The notes beneath the pieces were generated by a model. That model saw nothing but the letters and a program-made list of their open reading frames with translations, was not told the DNA's origin and did no database searches. DNA of 61,838 nt, counting the filler, from Sphacelaria rigidula (Eukaryota): the NCBI GenBank assembly GCA_964200075.2. It is 11 parts of 11 records of this genome, joined end to end, with 100 filler letters (N's around TTAATTAATTAA, not from the genome) between each part and the next. Parts side by side here need not be neighbours in the genome. Positions count along the whole stretch, not along the records: positions 11,263 to 16,793 come from CAXNAA020026583.1; positions 16,894 to 22,424 come from CAXNAA020026584.1; positions 22,525 to 28,055 come from CAXNAA020026585.1; 8 more parts are not named here. The stretch is one strand, 5' to 3'. How positions within the stretch are numbered: position 1 is the first letter of the stretch; every line of letters starts with the position of its first letter. Both the position numbers and the translations under genes were made by a program. Positions 12,226-24,958 of this stretch are shown piece after piece.

Positions 12226-12959
12226 GGAGGAAGGAGAGGGGAGGGGGGGTTGGGGGGCGTGAGCAACAAAAATGAATTTCTCTGCAAGTGTTTCGAACAG
12301 TTGACGCTGTGAAGGTGTGTGTCTATTTGTATGTGAGGGGATATTGCATACGTTTGTGGACTAGTGATCCGATTCTGCTATATTAAGCGCGAGGGTAGGG
12401 AGGGGGTTATCCTCAAAAAGTACCGTGTTTTGTCGTGTAGCACTTGTAAACAACAAAGAGGGGTGCTCGCTGATGAAAGTGAAGTTCAAACGTTGAACCA
12501 TGAAGCACTATAATTAATTTGTGTGGTACACAAACTGTACCAAGATGAATACACGTGCATAATATCTCGAGCCTTTTTTTCTTCTTTTTCCCACACTTTT
12601 CCATCCACCACTGTCCGTGATCTCACGGGATGTACCCCATCTCTCCCCCGATGCATGCCTTCCATTTTGGTATACCGCAGACTGGATGATGACTATCCGC
12701 ACGTTTCCCGCACCAACATGGACTCGTGTCAAAATAAACGCCTCCCGCTACCGACGCTCTCACGTGTTCAACCTCGGAAACAGGGGACTTTGCTGTCGGG
12801 AAAAAGAGGGCAAGAAGAATACATATATATATATATACATATATTTACTCGTACGTCCATATGCCGAGAATTGAACCCGCATCTTCCGACCTAACGGCTT
12901 TCTTCAGTTGTACTGTTCTAATTTTATGTACCACCGGGGTGTATCTACGGAATATTTCG

Positions 12960-13225
12960 CACGTCGGACAGGTCATGAGCTACCTGGATATTACTTGTTA
13001 TTAGAGTACTGATCTGGATCATAACCTAGCTCACTTGACTCATTTGGCCACTATTTTCCGTACTAGCTCCTAACAGCGATGGACGCCGAGCACGCCGTTT
13101 AGCGGGAAGGTAACGCTTTGGCGTCTCGGACACTGCTGTCACGTGTGTTGTGTTTCTGTACACGGGATCTTGGAGTTATCTTCGATTAGGTCTTTCAGGT
13201 AGCTGCTCATGAGCTGTCCGACGTG
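12960..13225. mobile_element. MITE with TIR CACGTCGGACAG(G/C)TCATGAGCTACCTG (~265 bp)
   Basis: Clear terminal inverted repeats; further copies at 31376-31636, ~19600-19840, ~21586-21800 and ~13380-13740. Confidence 0.8.
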
Positions 13226-14701
13226 AGGAATTTTGATGTGTTTCACCAGGGAGGGTGAACTAATTTGTTGCCTGCTTGCCCTGGTCAGTTTGATCACTGA
13301 CCACGCGTCCCTGTGGAGACGGAACACCGTTCCTTCTCCTCAGAGAGAGACACCTCCAACATTTCGGCGCTCATTACGTATTTTTGCCGAATAACTCATG
13401 AGCTACCTAAGGTTATACTTATCGAAGACGACTCTCAGACGTGACGCGAGTGTCGGAGAAGTCACAGAGCTATTTTTGCTATATTACTCAATAATATATC
13501 TTCGTCGAACAGCTCATGAGCTGCCTAAGGTTAAACTTATCGAACAGGATCCTCAGACGTGACAGGAGAGTCCGAGAAGTCATGGTGCTATCTTCGCTCT
13601 GCTGCGTGTGCTTGGCGTCCGGCGCTGTAGGCAGCAATTTTCTTTTTAAAAAGGAGTCAAAATGGGCTATTATAGCTCATGGTCTAGACCAGCACTCTAA
13701 GAAGAAGTTATATTCAGGTAGCTCATGAGCTGTCCAACATATGAAACCGTTGACATGTCTTATCCCCCTTTCCGTTTCGCCGTCTTCGGCCACCATCCTT
13801 AGGGGGGGGTGTTGAACAACGCTAGCGTCATCCTCGTCGCGCCACAACTTGAGAACCTCTTATTTGGCTCAAGACTGGAGTTCTTATTTCCTCTGTGGGC
13901 TGGCTACCAGCAGCCACAGGATACGTAGGTTCCAGTGTCAGGTTATTACCCAGGCATCATATGTTGTGCTCAAATGCTTACTTTATGCTTTTGAAAACCT
14001 TTAAAAGCTGTAGTTCTTTAACTGCCAAGTTTTTTCCGAAGTTGTGCTACTTATTTGTACACAGTGGCTTCAACGGACGGTAGCCTCAACCACTACCGCC
14101 CGCCGTGCCCACCCCTTCGCCCGCCATGCGCAGATCCCCCCTCAGGTACTGGCGGTGTTCAACGCCGCGGCGCGAGACATCCTGATCTCCGAAAAAAACA
14201 GCGCCAGTACAGGGAAGCTCGCCCCCATCAACTCCGTCACCTCTGCAGCGCCGAGCAAAAAGAACGATGCGCAGTTGCAGCTCCGCGTCGCGCTGACCTC
14301 GATCCACGCAGTGATATCGACGCCCACGAGGGTTGCCTTTAAGATCCGGTCACGGCGTCGCAGCGGGCGGATGCAGGCGGCGAAGGCGTTGTCTGTTGTG
14401 CGAGGGGTGGTTGCGAAAGGGTGAGGGAGAAAAACGCAAATGCTTGTTCAGCGGTTTGGCAGACGGCCGAGGGGGAGGGATGGAGGGGGGGGGGGGTACT
14501 TGACCCTTTGTTGAGAAAAACTCGGGGGAATTTGATTGATTCATTGATTCATTGGTTGATTGTCGCACTTTAACGGACCACTCATGAGTCCAGCCGTGGT
14601 CGCATGATGGACGTAAACCCAAGAAGGGCAAAACTGAAACACTCCTTCAATAAAACAAAAAAGCAGAAAAGAAGGTCGAACAGAACGACGTAGAAGACTA
14701 G

Positions 14702-15176
14702 AGCTACTTCCTTTGCATCAAAAAGCAAAACTTGTTGAAAAGTGCATTTTTTATCCTTCTCCGTCGCTTGTCCCCCCAAAAGAGGTTCAGGCGACTGTAG
14801 ACACCTTGGAATGACTTGCTCTACTCGCTGAGACGGTTCCAGAGCACCTTTGCGTTTTCCGTAGGCCACGGTTTCATTTTTCGGCCAAAATTGCATTTTC
14901 AGTAACAAACGGTCAAGCTATCTAAAAACAGGGGGAATACTGACATTTTTTTTTTGGTAACTTGGCCGTTTGTTATTGAAAGTGCAATTTTGGCCAAAAA
15001 ACGAAACCGTGACCTACGGAAAACGCAAAGGTGCTCTGGAACCGTCTCAGCGAGTAGAGCAAGTCATTCCAAGGTGTCCACAGTCGCCTGAACCTCTTTT
15101 CGGGGGACAAGCGACGGAGAAGGATAAAAAATGCACTTTTCAACAAGTTTTGCTTTTTGATGCAAAGGAAGTAGCC
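14702..15176. mobile_element. Foldback MITE, PIF/Harbinger-like (475 bp, ~225-bp arms)
   Basis: Near-perfect inverted arms 14702-~14928 and ~14951-15176; flanks TAG/TAA; the uninterrupted host site GACTAAG is seen at 31828-31834. Confidence 0.85.
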
Positions 15177-17517
15177 TAAGACGTGAAGAAAAAAAGGAAT
15201 AAATAAAGAAAAAAAATCAACAAAAGCAAAGTAGAGGAAGAGATGGCCGACCTAAAAAAAGGAAAAAATAGAAGAGAAGAAAATATTGAATGGAATGATT
15301 GATTGATTGATTATCGCACATGAGCTGATATCACCCAAGGATCCAGTCGTGACCACATGAAATACAAATATTTATGTATGGAGAGAGTATATTGTTGGAA
15401 GTTGCATTTGTTGTTTTTCTCTTGTCTTTTTCCTAATTTTGCGGGAGAGCCTACGATGTGCGATGGTCTTCTTCCTTGTGTTGGTGTGTTCATTTTGTAC
15501 TCGATGCCTCGAAACATTTTCTGTTGTCCACACCGGAGTTATGTCGTACCGTACTAGAGAAGTTGCGGCGCGCGTGTGCCTGAAGAAATTAGCTTTGGTT
15601 TGTTTGCAGTTTGAAATGTCGTGCCCATATTTTTGAACGACTACTTTTTTTTGTGTCGCGTTTAGAAGAACTCGCTTCCGTTTGACTGACCGTTGGAGAT
15701 GGATTTATCACGCTCAGTGTACCCCCTCCCTCCCTCCGTGCCTCGTCGCCGCCTCATCTTCTGCCGGCACCTGTCGCCACGCTTGTGTTCTGTCGGGTGC
15801 AATTTTTCGTCAAAATCTCTTCGCCCATCCCGCACACGTGGCTGCCTACGCGCGTATCTTCGTATGTATATTGATATTCTCTTTTCTCGTTGAGCAACAG
15901 TGGCGGGAAGCAACGGGACTCTCGGTCAGACGGTGAAGTTGACTCGAAGGAGTTATACAGGGTGGTGGCGGGCATGCTTCCGGGGGATTTCGAGATTCGG
16001 GTCCACTCCTCTGAGGTACATATCGGGGGGGGGCGGAGAGGGGGGGGAAGGGGGGGCGTAATCATTTGCTGCTTGCTTTAGTCGTTTGACCATTAACCAC
16101 GCATCCATTTCGAGACGGAGCACCGTTCCTACTCCTAATGGAGACACCTCCAGCATTCAGGCGCCCAGTACGTTTCTTCCCTGCATTACACAAGAGCCGT
16201 GTACGTATCATCCTCGTCCTGTTTCGCCGTCTGTGGCCACCATCTATCTCCTGGAATAACCGTCGTTTTTTCGCTGCCATCCAATGCATCGAACGATTTC
16301 ATGCAACCTTCGCGGGGAGAGGGGGGGGGGGGATACTCATTTGTTGCTTGCCTTGGTCGTATGACATTGACCACGCATCTCTTTCGAGACGGAGCAGGAA
16401 GAGGGGGGAGTTGCAGATTTCACATGCACAATCCCCCTCAAACATGAAACCTCGAATAACGTTTGGAATGTAAGGCCATATCTTTCGGGAATGGTGTTTA
16501 TTCTTGATTTTTGTTTGTTTTGGGTTCTAGGTTCTGGGGCATTTCGCGAATGTTCGGGTCTGAAAACGGAGGATGTCGTCACCAAGATTGTTGGAGACTG
16601 ACTGCGCATCACCCCACACACTCGGAGGAGTTTTGGCCACTTACAATTGATTCGCCAAGCTCCAAGGTTTCGGAAACCAACTGCACTGAACAAGATCCGA
16701 CCTTGGAAATGAAGAGAAGTGTCAAGACTTATCTATCTGAGATTGTTGTAGGATTACTGTAGACACCACATGTTCTCACCCCCCCCCCCCGGCNNNNNNN
16801 NNNNNNNNNNNNNNNNNNNNNNNNNNNNNNNNNNNNNTTAATTAATTAANNNNNNNNNNNNNNNNNNNNNNNNNNNNNNNNNNNNNNNNNNNNACATATC
16901 TTAACTCCGTCCTGTTTCGCCGTCTGTGGCCACCATCTATCTCCTAGTATAACCATCGTTTTCTGGAGGGGGTGGGGTGGGGGGAGAAGGGCGTACTTAT
17001 TTGACCGTTGAGTGTGCCCCCCCCCCCATTCGGGGGAGGGCGGGGGGTAGGTACCACGCACGTTACTTTTTATTATATATAGCTGTATATTACCATCGTA
17101 CCAGGTCATTATTCCTTTCGTTGTGTTCAGTTCACCCCGTTCATTATATCTTTATTAGTCCACTTTCGTCCTCGAGTTACCTCTAGCGAGTGTTCCCACT
17201 TTGTTCGCTTCGGGTACCGCACGTCTTCTTTTTTTTTTTTCTTTGACGAAAGAAGGAAACCTAACCCAGCACTTATTCCGCAAGCGGGTTCGTGTGCCGA
17301 TTACCCGGAAGCTCGGCTAGACTGCCTCGCGGCAATCACGTGGAGGAGGCGCCTCGAGCATTCGCAAGCTTTGCTCAAGGCAGTGTGGTGGGGGTCGCGC
17401 TCACTGAGACCCCCGATCAACTTTGCGCAGTGCATGCGCCGCCATTCTCTCTTGTGAGCTTCGGCCCCCTAGGCACGTCTAGCGTGTGACCACTGCTGGG
17501 TCCCACTCGGGAATCAG

Positions 17518-17760
17518 TTAACCCTTTTGGAACCGTTGATGGAAAAGTGACGATTTACAATTGACGTTTTCGTGGGCAGGATGTGGTTGTTTTCTGCGAT
17601 TGTTAATGACGCAGCCCACCAGAACGGTGCACCACCACTCTAAGTTTAAGTATACTAATGTGACAGATTCGTGCAGCGAAGTCCAAGTGACGTTGTCCCG
17701 GTGACGAAAGCTTCCCATATGGGAGTTCGTACTTTTTTCACGTGTTCCAAAAGTGTTGAA
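17518..17760. mobile_element. piggyBac-like MITE (~240 bp)
   Basis: Ends TTAACCCTTTTGGAAC ... GTTCCAAAAGTGTTGAA. Confidence 0.55.
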
Positions 17761-17829
17761 CGTGTGACAATCAATCAATCAAGAGAGGTTCTACGGTGGG
17801 GATGCATTTTTTAGTCCAAAAGTTTTCTG

Positions 17830-18097
17830 ATGAGTGATGCTACGGTAGAGGTGCACAAATATTCGGAGGTTAGAATTGTAAGGAGCCCTTGATCTCCTGC
17901 AAAACACCACTACTTATGAAAATATGTGAGAGTACGCCAGGATTTCTATCCCAATGTGCTGGGGATATCCCGGATGAATTTGCAGACGGGGATGCCCTGA
18001 CCCATATTCTTGTGCGCATCTAGAATCGTTAGGAGCCCCTGAACTAGACAAGATTTCGCGACAAAAGTGTACCTCTCTACCGTAGCATTGCTCTGAT
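17830..18097. mobile_element. MITE with TIR (CA)GAGTGATGCTACGGTAG(A/G)GGTGCAC; three copies in this contig (17830-18097, ~18555-18806 inverted, ~19300-19568)
   Basis: Near-identical internal sequence in all three copies, with terminal inverted repeats; the first copy sits inside a related GGTTCTACGGT TIR pair (~17778 and ~18188). Confidence 0.8.
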
Positions 18098-20745
18098 GCT
18101 GCACACCAAGGCTCAGATGTTTGTCACCAAGAGGCTTCTAAGGTGAAGAACCTCGACAAAAAAAATGTGTACCCCTACCGTAGAACCAATATCAATCAAT
18201 CAATCAATCAGTTACCCAGGAGAATTGATGCTCGGGCGCTGTCCAGGTTGTGAGCAATTTGTGTTTTGCTTACGATACAACCCTGGGAACTCCATATCCC
18301 GTTGGGTCAACCCGTGTCTCGTACGGCACCTGCCGTGCATTATATCATCAAGCAGCATTAGATCCCCCCCCCCCCCAGTCTGTCGAATCCATCGACTTCG
18401 TTTCGGCCAACTCTTGCTCGCGCGTTTTTTGGATACACGCAACTGGAAAATGACTGCCGGGTGAGCCAGCCGAAAAGAAAATCAGGTTTCTTTCGGCAGA
18501 CGACAATTTGACAATTTCTTCAGTTTCCCGAATCACCCCGACGTAGGTATACCGCTGAGCAACGCTACGGCAGGGGTGCACTTTTTTCGCGACATTTTGT
18601 CTGGTTCAGGGGCTCCTAACGATGCTAGACGCACAAGAATGTGGGCCAGGGCATCCCCGTTTGCAGATTCATTCGGGATATCCCCAGCACAATGGAATGG
18701 TACTCCTGGCGTACTCTGGCATAAGTCGTGTCTTGGATGAGATGAGGGGCTCCCGACAATTCTAACCTCAGAAATTATCTCTTTACCCCTACCGTAGCAT
18801 CACTCTGCTGTGGACTGCAGACCAACCTGCTGGTGCACGCTTTGCCGCAAATGCAAAAAAAAAGTGCAATATTTACAAATAAACAAGAAATTATCTCAAC
18901 GACGAAAGTAGATTCTGCTAAGGTACAATATCTGCCGAGTTTCGAGCTGGTGACCTTCCGCCCTGTAGGAAGTCTCCAGTGTACGAGTTACACCATGGGA
19001 TGTAGTGGAGTCACACAAAATGGTGGGATGCCTAGCCCAATTTTCAATTTTTTGAGCCGAAATTTTACGAGCACCTTCCACGCGCAAGTTGATAAATCCT
19101 TCACGGTCGTGCCTGGAGTTTTTATATGTATTTTTTCCTCTCATCGAGCTTTGAAATTTTCGTTTTCTGTTCAGAAAATTGAAATCGCTCAAACTCTCTG
19201 TTTTTCCTTCATATTTCTTTTTTTTTGTTGTCGGCTACTTCGGCTACTTTCCGGGTGTATGAATGATATACATCGATAATCGTGTCAAAATTTCAGCTTC
19301 CAAGTGATGGTACGGTAGGGGTGCGCAAATATTTTCTGAGGTTAGAATTGTTAGGAGACCTTGATCTCTTGCAAAACAACACCACTTCATGAAAATATGT
19401 GAAAGCACGCCAGGATTAATACTCCAATGTGCTGGGGATATCCCGGATGAATTTGCAGACGGGGATGCCCTGACCCATGTTCTTGTGCATCTAGAATCGT
19501 TATAATAGGAGCCCCTGAACTAGACAATATTTCGCGAAAAAAGTGCACCTCTACCGTAGCATTGCTCTTCCAACTCTTGAAACTAAGCAGGGTGGGATTA
19601 TTTCACACAAAGTAACTAATCGAAGAGAAATCTCAGATGCTTTGTACAAAAACATGAAACACGTGGCAGCAGGGTCCGAGAAGCCAAAGCGTTACCTTCC
19701 CGCTACATCGGGTGCTCGGCGTCCATTGCTATCGGGAGCTAATACGGAAATAGTGGCCAAATGAGCTAGCCCATGATCCGGATCAGTACTCTAATACCAA
19801 CTAATATCCAGGTAGCTAGCTCATGAGCTGTCCGACGTGTGGATTATTCGACCCCCCAACAAGAATTCTTGACTGGCCCGCACAGCTCGCACTGTCGAGA
19901 CTTGAACCCACGCCATCCGTTCACATCGGTGTCGATTGTATCGTTTTGATCGCTGGGTTGCAATGTTGACCTCATGGAACGAATGGAATTTATTCCCACA
20001 AATATCTAAATGGAGAGAGCCAGAATACCTCCTTGGCGATGGTGCCGTAGGTGTGAACCTCGCGTGGTTCTGCATGGGATCAGAGTCGTTGGTACGACGG
20101 TACGTCGTAGGGGTTCACTTTTTTGGCCCAAATTTGTCCGAGGTATGGGTACTGTATATTCACGCCGCGAAACGCAAATAATGACACAGTTCACAATTCG
20201 TGATGTTTTCGCCTACGGGAGGATCGCCTCACGTTCAGCCGCAACTTTGTCCTGGCAGTAGTAGTGCAGATGCGCGAGAGTCTCTGTATCTATAACTCCA
20301 GTACGCCGGCGCGCCAGAATACGCCTCGTGCACCCCTACCGCACGGTAGCATGATTCATCAGAAGGTCGTGAGTTCGAATCCGACCTCGATGGCCGGGAA
20401 GAGAATCAGTCCGCTCGCAAAGCGCTAGAGTTACAAAGGTTGCAAAAAGTATAATCGATTGGTCGGTTGATCGTCGTTTTCATGTCTGATCCCCGAGGAA
20501 GCGAGGAATCGAGCCGTTTGCACAAGGGCGAACGCGCCGAAGGCCGTAGAGAGGCTGATCCGAGGAAAACCGGATTTATGTCGTCGGTGGCCACTTGACG
20601 GGTTGGGAGACGTTTTTTTTTGACACCCTGGACAATGGATTTACCTGTGTTGTCAAAAAGTGTACTTGTGTATAGTATCGACAATTGCGTCTGTTGTGTG
20701 GAGATCGCCATTTGGGCATGTGCGGAGATATTTCCTTTTATGACG

Positions 20746-21075
20746 TGTAACCTAGTGATCAGCTGTTACAGGGGTAACTTCTCAGGAGCCCCGAAACTCC
20801 CATATCTGTACAGCTGGATCTGAGACCCCAAGGTAACAGGGATCTTCCCAGCGACCTGCTGGCTATCCCTGGGGCATCACTCTTGACTTGGACTTTCAGA
20901 CTTCGTCTTCGGGTTAATTCGCTCGCGCTCGTCGAGCTTTCCCGAGTGATCTACTTTGCCTCAACCCCACGACTTACGGTCAATCCCTGACTACATAACC
21001 CGAGGAAAATCATCGGCCACCTTCGACGGTTTCTACCGTCACCGGGAGTCTCACGACTTCCACATTGGCGACACC
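20746..21075 (+). mobile_element. Possible LTR (TG...CA) followed by a primer-binding site
   Basis: Starts TGTAAC at 20746, ends TTCCACA at 21064, followed by (T)TGGCGACACC; no partner LTR in the contig. Confidence 0.35.
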
Positions 21076-22357
21076 AGTCAGATCCGACCAAGGTCAGCAG
21101 ATTGAGAAATTGTGAAGAGAGAAACGGTGGGCTGGCGGAGACCGGGGAAGATCCAAAATACGTTCTTCACACCCCGGGGACAAACCTAGCTCATCACCTT
21201 TCCCCAGTGAGACCGGAAAACGTAGTCGGTCAGAGAGTAGAGGGGGTGGAAAAAATGATAGTCTATCAAGGAAGAAGGGCGAGCTTTGCACATACAAACC
21301 GTGCAGGTTCGAACACAATCACTCCATAGAGGATTGTCAGCTGGCAAACAAGCATTAAGAGCAACTGTTAGCTTCAGGTGTTTGATGGTGCCCAGAGCAG
21401 GGACCCTCGCCCAGCGAAGGGATACGTGTACAAGCGAAAAGAGCAACTACCGTACAGTCTGCACCCCTTCCACGTGTTCTCTCTTGCATGACCTCACAAT
21501 CGCAACAGACAATAGAGTCCATACTGTACGCAGTACATTTTATGGTAATGTAGTTGATCTATTGTCCAGGGTGCGAAATTTTTTCACACGTCGGACAGGT
21601 CATGAGCTACGACCTGAAATAACTAAGCGAAGAGAGAACTCTCAGATCCGCCGACCAAGAGCACAAAACACGTGACAGCAGGGTCCGCGATGCCGAAGCG
21701 CTACCTTCGCGCTACTCCGCCTGCCCGGCCTCCAGCGGGGCAGGGAGCAAGCATGAAAGAAAATGGGGCCAGATGAGCTAGCTCATAATCCGGATCGAGT
21801 ACACTACTTTTTTTCTTCGTCATTTTTCTCTTCTTCTTGCACTTTGAACCCCTCCCCTTTCCTCGGGATGAGTCCGTGGTCTCAAGGAATCAACCCATCT
21901 CTCCCCCGGTACGCGTCTTACATTTTGGTCTCGCGGATTGAGTCAGCACTCCCGCACCGTGTCAACTCGCGTGACACAAATCCAGTCGACTACTTTGTTC
22001 ACTGACGTTATCATGCTTTCCACGGTGGAAATTATACATGACGAAGAAAAAACTCAACGCATCGGGAATCGAACCCTCGTTCTCTCCATTAAACCACCGG
22101 GTCGCAGCGGCATACTACTAAGAGGGTAATATTTGGGTAGTTCGTGAGCTGTTCGACGTATGGAAACTTCACATATCTTTTCCTCAAGGCAAGGCCGAGG
22201 TCGCCATTTTATTTTATTTTGTCGCACTTCGAACCCTTTCCCTTCCTCGGGACGAGTCCGTGGTCTCAAGAGATGAACCCATCTCTCCCCGGCTCTGTCT
22301 CGAAATGGATGTGTGGTCAATGGTCAAATGACTGAGTCAACCAACAAATAAGTACGC

Positions 22358-22389
<32 letters not shown>

Positions 22390-22779
22390 ACACCCAGCAC
22401 CAACCCCACGGCCCCCGGGACTGANNNNNNNNNNNNNNNNNNNNNNNNNNNNNNNNNNNNNNNNNNNNTTAATTAATTAANNNNNNNNNNNNNNNNNNNN
22501 NNNNNNNNNNNNNNNNNNNNNNNNTGCCTAGCTCACGTAGTCAGTGGCGTGTTTCATAGCGTCATCGCCAAGCGACGCCAACCCCATCGGGGGTCCCAAC
22601 CCTTGAAGGGGAGGAGTTGGAAAGTTGTTTTTTGTTAGAGAGGGAGCGCCTCAAGTAGAACAGGCAGTCCCCTCGAGTATACCGCTCGTCATCCTTGTTC
22701 ATGCATGAGCCACAGCCAGCTATATGTGTGGCCATGCATGCACGGAGGTGTGAGCACACACACAGCAGCAGCAGTACAG

Positions 22780-22917
22780 CACACCCTGGACAATAAATTG
22801 ACATGGTAAAAAGCGTACTGCCTACAGTATCGACTATTGCGTCCATTTCAAGAGAAGATAGACTCCATACTGTAGGCAGTACATTTTTTGACAATGTAAT
22901 TTATTGTCCAGGGTGTG
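22780..22917. mobile_element. Palindromic MITE with TIR CACACCCTGGACAA (~135 bp)
   Basis: CACACCCTGGACAATAAATT / AATTTATTGTCCAGGGTGTG; full copy at ~60104-60241, partial copies at ~20623, ~21510-21575, ~45240-45263 and ~59770-59833. Confidence 0.8.
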
Positions 22918-23234
22918 CAGTACAACAGCAAAATGATGAATGAACAGCAAAAATGCGGACCCTTCTCCCTCGCCCCCCAGCACTCACTACCCGTATCACA
23001 CACCCATGTCCATCTACTGTAGCGTCCATATACGTGTACAAAAAGGCATCCTCGATAAACTCGCGGGACACTTTAAGCTGGACCAGAACTCGCAACGGGT
23101 AAAAAGCCATACATGTATGGTGTGGGGAAAAAACTTGATTTAATCCTATCGTATTCGGCAAGCAGAAGTAATGAATAATAAAATGCGGATGTGCTGTAGC
23201 AATGTTATATATAGACACGCGGAAAATTCGAACT

Positions 23235-23308
23235 TCACATCACACCACATCACACCGCATCACACTGCACGACACGACACGACACGACACGACACGACAC
23301 GACACGAC
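23235..23308. repeat. (CACAT/CACGA)n pentanucleotide microsatellite
   Basis: Directly visible. Confidence 0.9.
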
Positions 23309-23507
23309 CCTATACGGCACGGGAAGATGAAAAAAGTGAAGACCAAAATTTCGAGCAGGGCACGAAACATCTTGTACATAAAGAGTGATGGATAGTGGTG
23401 AACGCTGTGCCACATTTTCACAGTGCGAATAGTCGACCAACCATGAACAATAATTGCAAAAGGAGTGAACATCTGAGGTGATTCACCCCCTGAACAACAC
23501 GTTGCAG

Positions 23508-23683
23508 GTTCGCCGCCGCCGCCTGTGCGGACACTTGGCCAATCATCTTCGGCGGACGTGGCAGTGGAGAATGGTTCATATTCAGGAGTGGCAACGGAGG
23601 CGGCGACGGGGGTATCATTGAAGGACGCCTCGAAGGGGGATGACATCGGGGTGCACGAGCTTACACTAGCCAATGGTTTACAG
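23508..23683 (+). CDS. Candidate internal exon, possibly M16 (insulinase) family peptidase
   Basis: TTGCAG acceptor and CAG|GTACGC donor; GC-rich open frame ending DIGVHELTLANGLQ, similar to the M16 'L.NGL.V' motif. Confidence 0.5.
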
Positions 23684-24112
23684 GTACGCTGTTCGCTTAG
23701 AAACGCAAGCTGTTCGGCATCCAGGCTTAACCCTCAAGTCGTTGCTCCACCCGATATTGATTGATTGATTCATTTGTTTGATCGTCGCACTTTAACTGCC
23801 CCCCCCCAGGGATCCCGCCGTGGTTACGTGATAGACGTAATGATATTATATACTGGTATATATGTATGGAGATATTGATACGATTGATACTCGAAAGTTG
23901 ACTTTTGATTGTGCAATAATAGTACACGAAGCAGGCGTTAACGTTTTGCGGAATATGTTGGTATGTAATTGAAAATGTTGTACTGCGAAATGTATTCCGC
24001 AATACTGTCGTGTGAAGAGTAGTGACGGTACCGAGAAGGCGAGCTTATGTCTGTGACCACGGGTTCGAGAGATCCCGCTAATGTGCGGAAATACTATAAT
24101 TATTAATATTTA

Positions 24113-24114
24113 CG

Positions 24115-24158
<44 letters not shown>
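24113..24158. repeat. (AAT)n microsatellite
   Basis: Directly visible. Confidence 0.95.
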
Positions 24159-24159
<1 letters not shown>

Positions 24160-24958
24160 TATTATAAACCCGTGATTCCAATTTTACAAAGTGAAGTTGG
24201 TTTCTGCTCCGGGTGAAAATTCGACCAAGAGGCTTTTCCCGACTCCGTTTTTGCGTCGTGATTCTTGCGATCGGATCCTTGCGATAGTTTTTTTGCTAGA
24301 TGTTTCCAGTCTAAAACCCTTATCGATTTCGATGTTTTGGGGATAACTTCGTCAAACGGACACCAAACGCATCCTGCTCCAAGGGGCACCTGGGCACACA
24401 GCAATTGCCGCTGTCTACCAAGTATGATCCTCCAAATCGAAATCTTGAGTGAGAACCCCCAGCGTTTCGTGCTCATGTACAAGGAAGGGTGATCTTCATC
24501 TATCTAGTATCATGCTCCAGAACGTACCTGACAAGAGGGCAACACCCCCCGTACAGACAGTAGCAATGCTAGCGGATCCTACGTCCTGACAATCTGTGAC
24601 AGTCTGGCAGCCGGTAAGGTGGTTACGATAGTGTCCTTCTAGCGATGCCAACTTACAGAGCACTGGAGCAAAGTTTGCAGGTGAATATTTCGGCGATTGC
24701 GCCTCGCTGCAACACGGACAGCTTTACAAAATTTGACGCAGCGATATACTGTAGCGCGTGGCGTGATATCTCGCCTACACGTTTGCCGCAGATACAAGCG
24801 GCTGCGTTCATGATATGGCGAACTGCATAGGACAACGCGAAATCAATGCAGGACAGGAATAGGCTACGGATGTCACGTTCTGCGGTGATGTCACCCTGCA
24901 CCTTACCGCTGTGCAGTGAGCAGGTAGTACCGCCGAATGCCTCACGATGCGGTTGGTA

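Noticed and set aside
14044..14424. GC-rich 126-aa ORF
   Set aside because: Could be an exon remnant, but it has no recognisable domain or convincing donor site.
14582..15179. Pair of near-identical divergent ORFs (MLLK.QFWPKNE...)
   Set aside because: Mirror translations of the foldback element's arms.
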